From: Macrostomum lignano
Lineage: Eukaryota
Assembly: GCA_002269645.1 (NCBI GenBank)
Contig: NIVC01002411.1
Location: 1-64,000 of the forward strand
Reading direction: 5' to 3'
Length of the DNA: 64,000 nucleotides
This document shows positions 1-11,026 of this stretch, piece after piece. Numbering within the stretch: the first letter of the stretch is position 1; every line of letters starts with the position of its first letter. Below the pieces are notes generated by a model. It searched no databases and had not been told where the DNA came from. It saw only the letters and a list, made by a program, of their open reading frames with translations. Position numbers and translations under genes: made by a program.

Positions 1-809
1 CAAACCATCCTTGAGAATCGCCCCAAACCATCCTTGAGAATCGCCCAAACCATCCTTGAGAATCGCCACAAACCATCCTTGAGAATCGCCACAAACCATC
101 CTGAGAATCGCCACAAACCATCCTTGAGAATCGCCCAAACCATCCTTGAGAATCGCCACAAACCATCCTTGAGAATCGCCACAAACCATCCTTGAGAATC
201 GCCCCAAAACCATCCTTGAGAATCGCCACAAACCATCCTTGAGAATCGCCCAAACCATCCTTGAGAATCGCCAAAAACCATCCTTGAGAATCGCCCAAAC
301 CATCCTTGAGAATCGCCACAAACCATCCTTGAGAAGCCCCAAACCATCCTTGAGAATCGCCCCAACCATCCTTGAGAATCGCCACAAACCATCCTTGAGA
401 ATCGCCACAAACCATCCTTGAGAATCGCCCAAACCATCCTTGAGAATCGCCCCAAACCATCCTTGAGAATCGCCCCAAACCATCCTTGAGAATTCGCCCC
501 AAACCATCCTTGAGAATCGCCACCAAACCATCCTTGAGAATCGCCACAAACCATCCTTGAGAATCGCCACAAACCATCCTTGAGAATCGCCACAAACCAT
601 CCTTGAGAATCGCCACAAACCATCCTTGAAATCGCCCAAACCATCCTTGAGAATCGCCCAACACCTTGAGAATCGCCACCAAACCATCCTTGAGAATCGC
701 CACCAAACCATCCTTGAGAATCGCCACAAACCATCCTTGAGAATCGCCACAAACCATCCTTGAGAATCGCCAGCAAACCATCCTTGAGAATCGCCACAAA
801 CCATCCTTG
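1..809. repeat. Minisatellite, 20-22 bp unit CAAACCATCCTTGAGAATCGCC(A/C), open at window start
   Basis: Directly visible tandem array; explains ORF 239..421. Confidence 0.97.
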
Positions 810-930
810 TTCTTTTTAAGTGTAAAATATGAAGCTGTAAACTTCCCATAATATAGCTCGCACCTGTAGGTTTAGACCTGCTTAATTACTACTATAGTAA
901 ACTATATCTTAGATAATAAGAAACTTTAAG

Positions 931-1347
931 GTGAGGATTTAGCGAGTGACTGAGAGTCAGATGAGGATTTAGCGAGTGACTGAGAGTCAGATGAGGATTT
1001 AGCGAGTGACTGAGAGTCAGGTGAGGATTGAGCGAGTGACTGAGAGTCAGGTGAGGATTTAGCGAGTGACTGAGAGTCAGATGAGGATTTAGCGAGTGAC
1101 TGAGAGTCAGATGAGGATTTAGCGAGTGACTGAGAGTCAGGTGAGGGTTTAGCGAGTGACTGAGAGTCAGATGAGGTTTAGCGAGTGACTGAGAGTCAGG
1201 TGAGGGTTTAGCGAGTGACTGAGAGTCAGATAAGGATTTAGCGAGTGACTGAGAGTCAGGTGAGAATTGAGCGAGTGACTGAGAGTCAGGTGAGGATTAG
1301 CGAGTGACTGAGAGTCAGGTGAGAATTAAGCGAGTGACTGAGAGTCA
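931..1347. repeat. Minisatellite, ~30 bp unit GTGAGGATTTAGCGAGTGACTGAGAGTCAG (~14 copies)
   Basis: Tandem array ending ~15 nt upstream of the RABL3 ATG. Confidence 0.97.
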
Positions 1348-1362
1348 AATGGAGCAAGTAGA

Positions 1363-1992
1363 ATGTCTGATCAATTTTCGAAAACCCCACAACCGCCGGC
1401 ACAGGAAGACACGCTCCGTGTGAAAATTCTGGTGCTTGGCGACTCCGGCGTTGGCAAGTCCTCGCTTGTACACCTGCTGACCAATCACAGCGAGCTGACC
1501 AATCCAGCCTGGACTGTGGGCTGCTCACTGCAGGTCGGCCTGCACGAGTACAGGTCGGAGCTGACCGGCCAGGCTGAGCGGTTGTTCTTCCTGGAGTTCT
1601 GGGACATCGGCGGCTATCCGATGCACAAGAACAGCCGCGGCGTGTTCTACCACGGTGTACACGGCATCCTGCTGGTGCACGACCTCACTAACAGGAAGAC
1701 TGAGCTCAATCTCAGTCGCTGGCTGCACGAGAGCTGCCTTGGCGCTGACACTCCGCCAGTGCTGGTGATTGGCGCCAAGAGCGACCTGTGCAAAGCCGAT
1801 GCGCTGGCCAAGCGGCCGAACGGTGGCGAAGCTGCCGCTCGGATTGGCTGTCCGGAGATCCTGCTCAGCTGCGTGGACACCAGATCGCTGAGCGCTGGCA
1901 CCACCAATGCCGTCAAGCTGGACCGCTTCTATGATCAGGTCATCGAGTACAGGCTGCGGCCCAGGGCCTCCACTCCGCCTAGGGTTGGACAG
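1363..1992 (+). CDS. RABL3: Rab-like protein 3, exon 1
   Basis: VKILVLGDSGVGKSS P-loop, NPAWTVGCS, LEFWDIGG, GILLVHDLTNRK and KLDRFYDQVIE follow the RABL3 pattern. Phase-0 donor CAG|GTGCGC at 1992/1993; the rest of ORF 1363..2370 reads through an intronic repeat. Confidence 0.92.
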
Positions 1993-2009
1993 GTGCGCAA
2001 CTGGGTGTG

Positions 2010-2390
2010 CGATTCTGGAATGTCCGGCTATGGGATTATGGGATGTCCGGATATGGGACTCTGGGATGTCCGGTTATGGGATTCTCGGATGTCCGGCTAT
2101 GGGACTCTGGGATGTCCAGAAAAGGGATTCTCGGATGTCCGGCTATGGACTCTGGGATGTCCAGCAATGGGATTCTGGGATGTCCGGCTATGGGATTCTG
2201 GGATGTCCGGATATGAGATGATGGGATGTCCTGTTATGGGATTCTGGGATGTGCAGATATGGCATTCTGGGTGTCCGGCTTTGGGATGTCCGGTGGGTCC
2301 GGCTTTGGGATGTCCGGCTATGGGATTCCGTCTATGGATTCTGGGATTTTCCGGATATGGTCATGCCTGATTATTGGATTCTGATGTCTG
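2010..2390. repeat. Degenerate ~23 bp repeat (GGGATGTCCGGCTATGGGATTCT-like) in the RABL3 intron
   Basis: Visible repeat; produces the spurious GCP-rich ORFs. Confidence 0.9.
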
Positions 2391-2475
2391 CTGATGTCAC
2401 TGAAATGGCTATCGAGCAGTTCTGTCAACCCAGCTTGTGTCACAAATTCGTTCACTTTCGCACTTTCACTTGCAG

Positions 2476-2526
2476 GCAATTTCTCGTCCCAACCGTCAAC
2501 AGTCGAAATTGCTTCACGGCGAATAA
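2476..2526 (+). CDS. RABL3: RABL3 probable last exon (AISRPNRQQSKLLHGE*)
   Basis: Pyrimidine-rich acceptor TTTCACTTGCAG ending at 2475. A phase-0 join gives a 226-aa protein, a typical RABL3 size. Confidence 0.65.
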   Translation, partial: AISRPNRQQSKLLHGE

Positions 2527-2821
2527 ATCGTGCTCAAAATTGCTCACGCTCAGTCCTACAATCTCGCTGTGCGATTGCGAAGTTTCAATTCATTATTGAA
2601 GTGTGTCAGTTGTGCTCGAACAAAAACTCTTTAAATATATAAACTTACTGGTCTTTCTGAGTTCTCTCGCAGCATAATTTGAATTAAGCTATAATTGAAT
2701 ACAATAACTACTTAAAGTAAATCTATTTTTTATTTTCATGTACGAGTACAGTTCGTGGTTCTTTCTGCGAGCTGATGAATGAAAATTGATTTATAAATGG
2801 AATTTAGAGTGCCATAGAAGC

Positions 2822-3917
2822 TTAGAAATGGAACATCATGGAAGCTAGAAATGGAACACCATGGAAGCTAGAAATGGAACACCATGGAAGCTTGAGATAG
2901 AACATCATGGAATCATGGAAGCTTGAGATTGAACATCATGGAATCATGGAAGCTTGAGATGGAACATCATGGAATCATGGAAGCTTGAGATTGAACATCA
3001 TGGAATCATGGAAGCTTGAGATTGAACATCATGGAATCATGGAAGCTTGAGATGGAACATCATGGAATCATGGAAGCTTGAGATTGAACATCATGGAGGC
3101 TTGAGATGAAACACCATGGAAGCTTGAGATGGAACATCATGGAAGCTTGAGATGGAACATCATGGAAGCTTGAGATTGAACATCATGGAATCATGGAAGC
3201 TTGAGATTGAACATCATGGAATCATGGAAGCTTGATATTGAACATCATGGAGGCTTGAGATGGAACACCATGGAAGCTTGAGATGGAACATCATGGAATC
3301 ATGGAAGCTTGAGATTGAACATCATGGAGGCTTGAGATGGAACACCATGGAAGCTTGAGATGGAACATCATGGAATCATGGAAGCTTGAGATTGAACATC
3401 ATGGAGGCTTGAGATGAAACACCATGGAAGCTTGAGATTGAACATCATGGAGGCTTGAGATGAAACACCATGGAAGCTTGAGATGGAACACCATGGAAGC
3501 TTGAGATGGAACATCATGGAAGCTTGAGATGGAACATCATGGAAGCTTGAGATGGAACATCATGGAATCATGGAAGCTTGAGATTGAACATCATGGAATC
3601 ATGGAAGCTTGAGATTGAACATCATGGAGGCTTGAGATGAACACCATGGAAGCTTGAGATGGAACATCATGGAATCATGGAAGCTTGAGATTGAACATCA
3701 TGGAGGCTTGAGATGAAACACCATGGAAGCTTGAGATTGAACATCATGGAGGCTTGAGATGAAACACCATGGAAGCTTGAGATTGAACATCATGGAGGCT
3801 TGAGATGAAACACCATGGAAGCTTGAGATGGAACATCATGGAAGCTTGAGATGGAACATCATGGAAGCTTGAGATGGAACATCATGGAAGCTTGAGATGG
3901 AACATCAGGGAAGCTAG
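2822..3917. repeat. Minisatellite, 22/30 bp units (CATGGAAGCTTGAGATGGAACAT with optional CATGGAAT)
   Basis: Visible tandem array. Confidence 0.96.
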
Positions 3918-4466
3918 AAAAAAATCATGAAATATAGAAATGGAGAATTATAGAAAATAGAAATAAAACATCATTTGAGACTGCTAAATTATCGACTCCC
4001 AAAAGGAGTTTCCCAACTTTAACTAGACTCTTGATTCTTTAACACGAAATATAGTGATCTAAGAGTTGGGAATGAAAAATATTCTTTCTCTTATTCATCA
4101 AGCAAAACCCACAAGTTCAGTACACAATAAATTGAGTGCTCAGCTCGTATCAGTCAATTTAAATTTCTATAAAAGCATGGAAAAATTAAAACGTTCTCAT
4201 CGACCTTTTGCCCACCTAGTCAGCCAAACCTTAAAAACCGGTATATATATTTTTATTGTTGGTTAAGCGGTGACCCAGTCAGAAAAAATATTCCAGGCCA
4301 AAAAATGATATAAATGTTCCGTGGCGAGAATGTGTGGAGAGTTCAGCAGAAAATGAACGCTAAAAAACAAATTTCTATGAATGAAATGAACTCTTAAACC
4401 TGGCAGAAAGATGAACAAAGTAAATTCTTAAAGACTGAGAAAAATGTCACTAGCACGGCACCGCGG

Positions 4467-6242
4467 TCAGTAGGCCGAGTTGGCCGGACTGCTATTGACG
4501 GCGTCAAACGCATCAAACAGCTGCTGCTGCTGCTGCTGCTGCTGCAGCCCCGCGCGGCCCGCCGGCTTTCCACCCTGAAGTCGAACGTCGCCCATGTCGC
4601 CGGGCGCGAACTGCTGCTGCTGCCTGCCAGCGCTGCTGGAGTACATGTGCTTCACCAGCTCGCGCTCGAAGCTGTTCAAGTCTTCGGAGCGCTCCTCGTC
4701 TTCGTGGTCGGCGGTTTCCGTCTTTTCGTTGCCGGCGTAGGGAGATCGAGACGACAGCAGCTGCTGGCGGTGCTGCTGAAACTGCTGATGCTGCTGCAGT
4801 TGCTGCTGTTGAAGCATCTGCTGCATCAGCTGAGGCGGCATCTCCTGGCCCGGCATGCCGGACTCGTCAAAGTCGGTCATGATGTCGGAGCTGCCGGTAG
4901 GAGGCTGGGCGGCCGCCTGCTTCATCCGCGGCATGCCGCTGCTGCTGGCCTGGATGTAGCTGTTGAGCGAGGGCGGCTTGCTGAACCGGCTGCCGTTCTG
5001 CCGCACCCGCAGGAGGGCGCAGTCGTCGCCAACGCTGCGCAGCTCGGAGGCGGGCACGCGCCCAGCTCCTGTCAGATTGATGGTGCTGTCCTGCTCTTTC
5101 TCGTTGATGATGCTGATGTGAGTCTTGATGGCCAGCAGAGAGTCAGTTGGTAGGGCGACATTCTCCGGCAGGCAGCTGAAGATCTTCTGCAGATGCTCCA
5201 CAGGCAGTCGCAGAAACGTTTTTCGCCACTTGGTGGCTGTGAGGGCTCGGCGAATGATGTCGGCCAGGGAGTTCATCGGGCCGTTTTTAACCTTGCAGTG
5301 CATGCGGTAGTACAGGCCCATCAGCAGTGCGATGGCGCAGTCCTGGTCCATGATCATGGGGTCCAGGCTCTGGATGCGGGCAACAAACCCGGCCTTGGTG
5401 TCGGGCGTCGGCTGCAGCTCAAGGAAGCAGCGGTTTTTGAACAGCGTCTCCAGCGCGCTGATCAAGTTGTGCGACTTGCGACACTCCGGGTCCTCGTAGT
5501 ACGCCACGCGGGCGATGCGGCGGAACAGGCTGATCTTCTGGCCGAACCCGTCATCGTCCAGCACCTGCGGCTGCCAAATCTCCGGCCGAATGGTGATGAG
5601 GCTCTCGAGCAGGCTGCTGATATTGATGTTGAGCCGCGTCTTCATAGTCTCGGTGCCGTAGTGGAGAGTGTCGCGATATTTGAATACCTTTTGGCTGGCC
5701 TTGCTCTCATAGTGCAGCTCGAATGGCCGGCTGATGTCCAACGTCAGCGCCTGTCCGTGCTTCATGAACGGCGGCGCCACGCTGCTCAGGGAGCTGATGG
5801 CCTCGTAAAACTCCCGCCTGATGGCGACGCACACGGGCAGGATCTCGACAATGTCGCCGCCGGCAACGCCTCGGCTGAATACGTCTGTGGCGAAGCTCTT
5901 CTGGTGCCCATGGTTGACTCCGCTGCGCAGGATGATCTCCACCGACTTCTCCTCCTTGAGGTAGATGGCCAGACTCAGCGGGTTGAGGTACAGCACGGCG
6001 TTGCGGTGAAACATGGACTGAGAGTCGCGCGAGTCGTTCCCGATGAGGTCTGGCTGGTCGGCGATCTGGAAGATCTGCTGGAACAGCTCGGGCCTCTCCC
6101 TCACCATGGTGGTGAGACGGTGGTGCGACCTGCCACGGATCATGTTGATCATCCATTTCGTGTACGGGTGATGGCTGCGTAGGAACGGTGGTATGTTCAG
6201 GTGCGAGTTGGGGAACTGCGGCGGCAGCGGGCAGCTGGTCAT
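4467..6242 (-). CDS. Uncharacterised intronless 591-aa protein; weak ankyrin-like N-terminal repeats, Q-rich C-terminus
   Basis: Long open frame with strong GC3 bias like the neighbouring host genes and an AG 5 nt before the ATG. NPLSLAIYLKEEKSVEIILRSGVN resembles an ankyrin repeat. No family recognised. Confidence 0.8.
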   Translation of the reverse strand: MTSCPLPPQFPNSHLNIPPFLRSHHPYTKWMINMIRGRSHHRLTTMVRERPELFQQIFQIADQPDLIGNDSRDSQSMFHRNAVLYLNPLSLAIYLKEEKSVEIILRSGVNHGHQKSFATDVFSRGVAGGDIVEILPVCVAIRREFYEAISSLSSVAPPFMKHGQALTLDISRPFELHYESKASQKVFKYRDTLHYGTETMKTRLNINISSLLESLITIRPEIWQPQVLDDDGFGQKISLFRRIARVAYYEDPECRKSHNLISALETLFKNRCFLELQPTPDTKAGFVARIQSLDPMIMDQDCAIALLMGLYYRMHCKVKNGPMNSLADIIRRALTATKWRKTFLRLPVEHLQKIFSCLPENVALPTDSLLAIKTHISIINEKEQDSTINLTGAGRVPASELRSVGDDCALLRVRQNGSRFSKPPSLNSYIQASSSGMPRMKQAAAQPPTGSSDIMTDFDESGMPGQEMPPQLMQQMLQQQQLQQHQQFQQHRQQLLSSRSPYAGNEKTETADHEDEERSEDLNSFERELVKHMYSSSAGRQQQQFAPGDMGDVRLQGGKPAGRAGLQQQQQQQQLFDAFDAVNSSPANSAY

Positions 6243-6561
6243 CGTTTCTGATCGGCGGAATGCAACTTGGCAGTACTGCGGTTTGCAACCTGCTAATTGA
6301 AATTATTTTAATTATAAATAAAAGATCAAAATTAAATGGCTGCATTGTTTAAACAGCTGCTGACCATAGATGCAGAAACCGGGTACAGTGCAGCAGCCTC
6401 GTGTGCTACGCTTGGGCAATGCGTTTAAGCCATAGAATTAAGCTCATTTACATTTATATATGTTCTGCTAGTATAAATAGCGACGACTCGTCACTGCGGG
6501 GAGAAATATTTCAATGCTATTTGATACCCGTCACTGGGTTCGACTCCGGATGCTGTCACGT

Positions 6562-6885
6562 TAACTAACTAACTAACTAACTGACTGACTGACTAACTAA
6601 CTGACTAACTAACTAACTAACTGACTGACTGACTATTAGTGACTAACTAACTGACTAACTAACTAACTAACTAACTAACTGACTGACTAACTAACTGACT
6701 AACTAACTAACTAACTAACTAACTGAATAACTAACTAACTAACTAACTAACTGACTAACTAACTAACTAACTGACTAACTAACTAACTAACTAACTAACT
6801 GACTGACTAACTAACTGACTAACTAACTAACTAACTAACTGACTAACTAACTAACTGACTAACTAACTAACTAACTAACTAACTG

Positions 6886-6919
<34 letters not shown>

Positions 6920-6963
6920 GAACTAACTAACTAACTAACTAACGAACTAACTAACTAACTAAC
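6562..6963. repeat. (CTAA/CTGA)n microsatellite
   Basis: Visible. Confidence 0.98.
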
Positions 6964-7348
6964 TTAAGTATCAGCCATTGATTTAAATAAGGTGCTACCT
7001 AAAGCTCATTCAAAGTGAACTCTCAAAAAATCAAATAACAGTTGTATAAAATCCATTCACATAGCATTTTTTAATGAGCTGGGCGAAAGCACAGCGACTC
7101 AACGAGTCACAGACAAAGTTGAAATTTGGAATATCTTATGCTAAATTTATTGTTTATTTTACAGAACCAATTAGCTTTACAATTACTGGAATGCGAAATT
7201 TTACCGCTAAGCCAGCAAAAATAGCTTTTGCAAATTCATGGTCTACTACAATTAATCACCATAAACTCTGGGCACCTAATTTTGGCCGTAAACTGTGAAA
7301 TTCAGTGATGTGAGGTGTTAAAAAACTTGTCAACATCGTGCCAAAGGC

Positions 7349-8270
7349 TGGACTAGATATGGTACTGTCAAGCCAGATATGGAACTGGGAAGCTAGATAT
7401 GGAACTGTCAAGCCAGATATGGAACTGGGAAGCTAGATATGGAACTGGGAAGCTAGATATGGGACTGGGAAGCTAGATATGGAACTGGGAAGCTAAATAT
7501 GGAACTGGGAAGCTAGATATGGAACTGGGAAGCTAGATATGGTACTGTCAAGCCAGATATGGAACTGGGAAGCTAGATATGGAACTGTCAAGCCAGATAT
7601 GGAACTGGGAAGCTAGATATGGAACTGGGAAGCTAGATATGGGACTGGGAAGCTAGATATGGAACTGGGAAGCTAAATATGGAACTGGGAAGCTAGATAT
7701 GGAACTGGGAAGCTAGATATGGAACTGGGAAGCTAAATATGGAACTGGGAAGCTAGATATGGGACTGGGAAGCTAGATATGGAACTGGGAAGCTAGATAT
7801 GGAACTGGGAAGCTAGATATGGAACTGGGAAGCTATATATGGAACTGGGAAGCTAGATATGGAACTGGGAAGCTAGATATGGAACTGGGAAGCTAGCTAT
7901 GGAACTGGGAAGCTAGATATGGAACTGGGAAGCTTGATATGGAACTGGGAAGCTAGATATGGAACTGGGAAGCTAGATATGGAACTGGGAAGCTAGATAT
8001 GGAACTGGGAAGCTAGATATGGAACTGGGAAGCTAGATATGGAACTGGGAAGCTAGATATGGAACTGGGAAGCTAGATATGGGACTGGGAAGCTAGATAT
8101 GGAACTGGGAAGCTAGATATGGAACTGGGAAGCTATATATGGAACTGGGAAGCTAGATATGGAACTGGGAAGCTATATATGGAACTGGGAAGCTAGATAT
8201 GGAACTGGGAAGCTAGATATGGAACTGGGAAGCTAGATATGGAACTGGGAAGCTAGATATGGAACTGGGA
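7349..8270. repeat. Minisatellite, 20 bp unit GGAACTGGGAAGCTAGATAT
   Basis: Visible; ends ~95 nt past the LRR gene stop codon. Confidence 0.98.
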
Positions 8271-8365
8271 GGCTATAAGTGAAGCAAGGCAAGTTTACCC
8301 ACACTAGAATGTCACACTGAGACGCACGAAGAGCATTCTTAAAATCAGCAAGCAAACATGCAAGG

Positions 8366-8924
8366 TTAGACATCGGCGCTGAGCAGAGCGGACTCAAGCA
8401 CCCGCTGCCTGCCGGGATGAATGGTGACCCATCGGGGCTCCAGCGGGTCGGCAGAATAGCCGTACACCACCAAGGAGCCACGGCAGACGGCCACAATCTC
8501 GCGCATGCAGTCCTCGTTGATCAGATCGGAGACCAGCAGGCGAAGGATTCGCAGAGCCGGCGCGAACACCCGACTGCGGCGCGGCAGCTCCAGCTCTTCG
8601 AAGTCTTCGTCTCCGCCGCTGGACTCGCCGTCGTCGTCTGAGTCGTCGTTGTCGTTGCCGACGTAGGAGGAGTTCCCGTCCGGCGACCGTTCGCCACCGG
8701 CGCCACCGCAGGCGGCGGCAGCGACGGAGGCTCGTCGGCGCCATCTGGCTGCCCGCTCGGCCAGCCGCAGTCGCAGCAGGGCGAGAGTCCGGCGCCACGA
8801 TGGCAGGTCGTGAATGATGGGCAGGAATGGCCGGCTGGTGATCTGCTTCAGGCCGCTGAAGTCCGCCTCCTGCAAGCTCGGACAGGCGGCCAGCACGGAG
8901 GAGACGCCGCGGTCTGTGACGAAC
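8366..8924 (-). CDS. LRR (AMN1/FBXL-type) protein, exon 3 (last)
   Basis: Acceptor CGCAG| gives a phase-2 join SFNP+FVTDRGVSSVLAACPSLQEADFSGLKQIT, continuing the LRR register; acidic insert follows, stop at 8366. Confidence 0.85.
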
Positions 8925-8971
8925 CTGCGAGCGGGACGCGTTTTCTTAGAAACGGGATGGTCTACAGACAT

Positions 8972-9500
8972 CTATGCAGCTTTCTAGTGTCCATAGATCT
9001 AAACGGCAGTATCTAGTGTCTATAGATCTAAATGGTGGTATCTAGTGTCTATAGATCTAAACGGCAGTATCTAGTGTCTATAGATCTAAATGGTGGTATC
9101 TAGTGTCTATAGATCTAAACGGCAGTATCTAGTGTCTATAGATCTAAACAGCAGTATCTAGTGTCTATAGATCTAAACAGCAGTATCTAGTGTCTATAGA
9201 TCTAAATGAGAGTATCTAGGGTCTATAGATCTAAATGAGAGTATCTAGGGTCTATAGATCTAAATGGTGGTATCTAGTGTCTATAGATCTAAATGGTGGT
9301 ATCTAGTGTCTATAGATCTAAATGGTGGTATCTAGTGTCTATAGATCTAAATGGTGTTATCTAGTGTCTATAGATCTAAATGGTGGTATCTAGGGTCTAT
9401 AAATCTAAATGAGGGTATCTAGTGTCTATAGATGTAAATAGTGGTATCTAGTGTCTATAGATCTAGCTCGTAAATGAGAGTATCCAGTGTCTATAGATCT
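8972..9500. repeat. 29 bp satellite (TATCYAGTGTCTATAGATCTAAAYGGCAG), block 1, LRR intron 2
   Basis: Visible; same unit as the blocks at 10790-11026 and 12704-13942. Confidence 0.95.
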
Positions 9501-9541
9501 GTGAAGTGTACACTGCTTGCCTAACGGAGTGTACATCTTAA

Positions 9542-10774
9542 CAGTAGAAAGACCATAGGGGGTGTATTTCAAATACACACTTTTCCTTTGTCTGGATCTC
9601 CGAAAATATTCAACCAATTGCCATCAAAATCCAGAACACGGGCTAAAATTTTCCGCTCTATTCGATGAAGCAACTTCGAGAATCACGAAAAATCGGCATC
9701 GTCGAGATATTCAACGATTTCCTCGGGGTGTCCGGTGGCAAAAACCACCAACATTGGAAAATTTTTTCTGCTAGCAAAATCTCACCATGAAACCACGTCG
9801 GCTCAACAAACTATGCATATCAGGCGCAGGGACCTTCTCTCTCGGCATCCCAGGCAACAGGGTCCCCCCCATCACCGTCTGGAGCATCGGCGGCGACCGT
9901 CGGGACCTTCAACAAAAGCACCCGATCGGCATCTCAGAGACAGCTGCGCTCCCAAAACTGAAATGAAAGAATCCACGTCTGCATGCAGCATTCAGTCAGT
10001 AGTCAGCCTTGATAGAAAAATCACGATGTTGGCGGTGTCAGCTCGTCGGGGCCGCAAGGTGCACTCCGTTGAAGGTCCCGAAGGTCGTCCAGACAGAGCT
10101 GAATGCTGAACATGGTACAAAAGCACTGTATAATACGCAGACATGTCTGGTTTGGTGCCTTGATAAAAAATCACGATTTTGGGGTGTCAGTTCGTCAGGG
10201 CCGCAAGGTGCACTCCGTTGAAGGTCCCGAAGGTCGCCTGTATGTCTACAGGTCAGCCTAGAGGGTCGCCATCGTCCATTTCATTCACCGATTGTGACTA
10301 CTGACTGAATTCTGCATGCAGACGTGGATTCTTCCATTTCAGTTTTGGGAACACAGCCGTCTCTGCGATGCCGATCGGGTGCTTTTGTGGAAGGTCCCGA
10401 CGGTCGCCGTCGATGCTCCAGACGGTGATGAAGGGGACCCTGTTGCCTGGGATGCTGAGAAAAAAGGCCTCTACGACAGATGGACCCAGATTATTGAGCC
10501 AATATGGATTCACCATAAAGGTTTATACAGTGTAGTGTTGGTTGTCCTTGCCACCAGTGTCCTCGACAAGAATCGTTGAATATCTCGACGATGCTGACGT
10601 CGGATGACTTTGAAAGTTAATTCGTTGGAAAGGGGGGGAATTTTGATCCATGCGGTGGACTTTTACGAAAATCGGTAATTCGGTTTGCGAGCTATCGTGA
10701 AATGGGTCGTGTGTATTTGAAATACACCCCCGTGGTCTTTCCCTATGGGGAAAAATAGCGTGGTCTTTATTCTG
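9542..10774. mobile_element. Non-autonomous foldback DNA transposon with TTAA target-site duplication
   Basis: TTAA at 9538-9541 and 10775-10778; termini CAGTAGAAAGACCA / TGGTCTTTATTCTG (12/14 inverted match). Further inverted blocks ~9549-9580/10710-10740, ~9698-9720/10571-10592 and ~9847-10006/10295-10455; central ~80 bp direct repeat (~10007 and ~10159). No transposase. Confidence 0.85.
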
Positions 10775-10789
10775 TTAAATGTCAGCATT

Positions 10790-11026
10790 TAGTGTCTAGA
10801 TTTAAACGGTAGTATTCAGTCTCTATAGATCTAGACTGTGGAGACTTCTAGTGTGCATAGATCAAAATTGTAGTGTCTAGTGTCTATAGATCTAAATGGT
10901 AGTAGCTTGTTTCAATAGATCTAAATGAGAGTATCCAGTGTCTATAGAACTAAATGGCAGTATTTAGTGTCTATAGATCTAAATGGCAGTATCCAGTGCC
11001 TATAGATCTAAATGAGAGTATCCTGT
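10790..11026. repeat. 29 bp satellite, block 2 (degenerate)
   Basis: Same unit as blocks 1 and 3. Confidence 0.85.

Noticed and set aside
1993-2370. Cys/Gly-rich C-terminal extension of RABL3 in the ORF track
   Set aside because: Read-through into an intronic repeat after a good donor; a downstream exon gives the normal length.
2772-2790. CTGATGAATGAAA resembling a hammerhead ribozyme core
   Set aside because: I could not build stems I-III or place a cleavage triplet.
4647-6182. Plus-strand ORFs of 168 and 329 aa
   Set aside because: Antisense shadows of the GC3-rich minus-strand gene.
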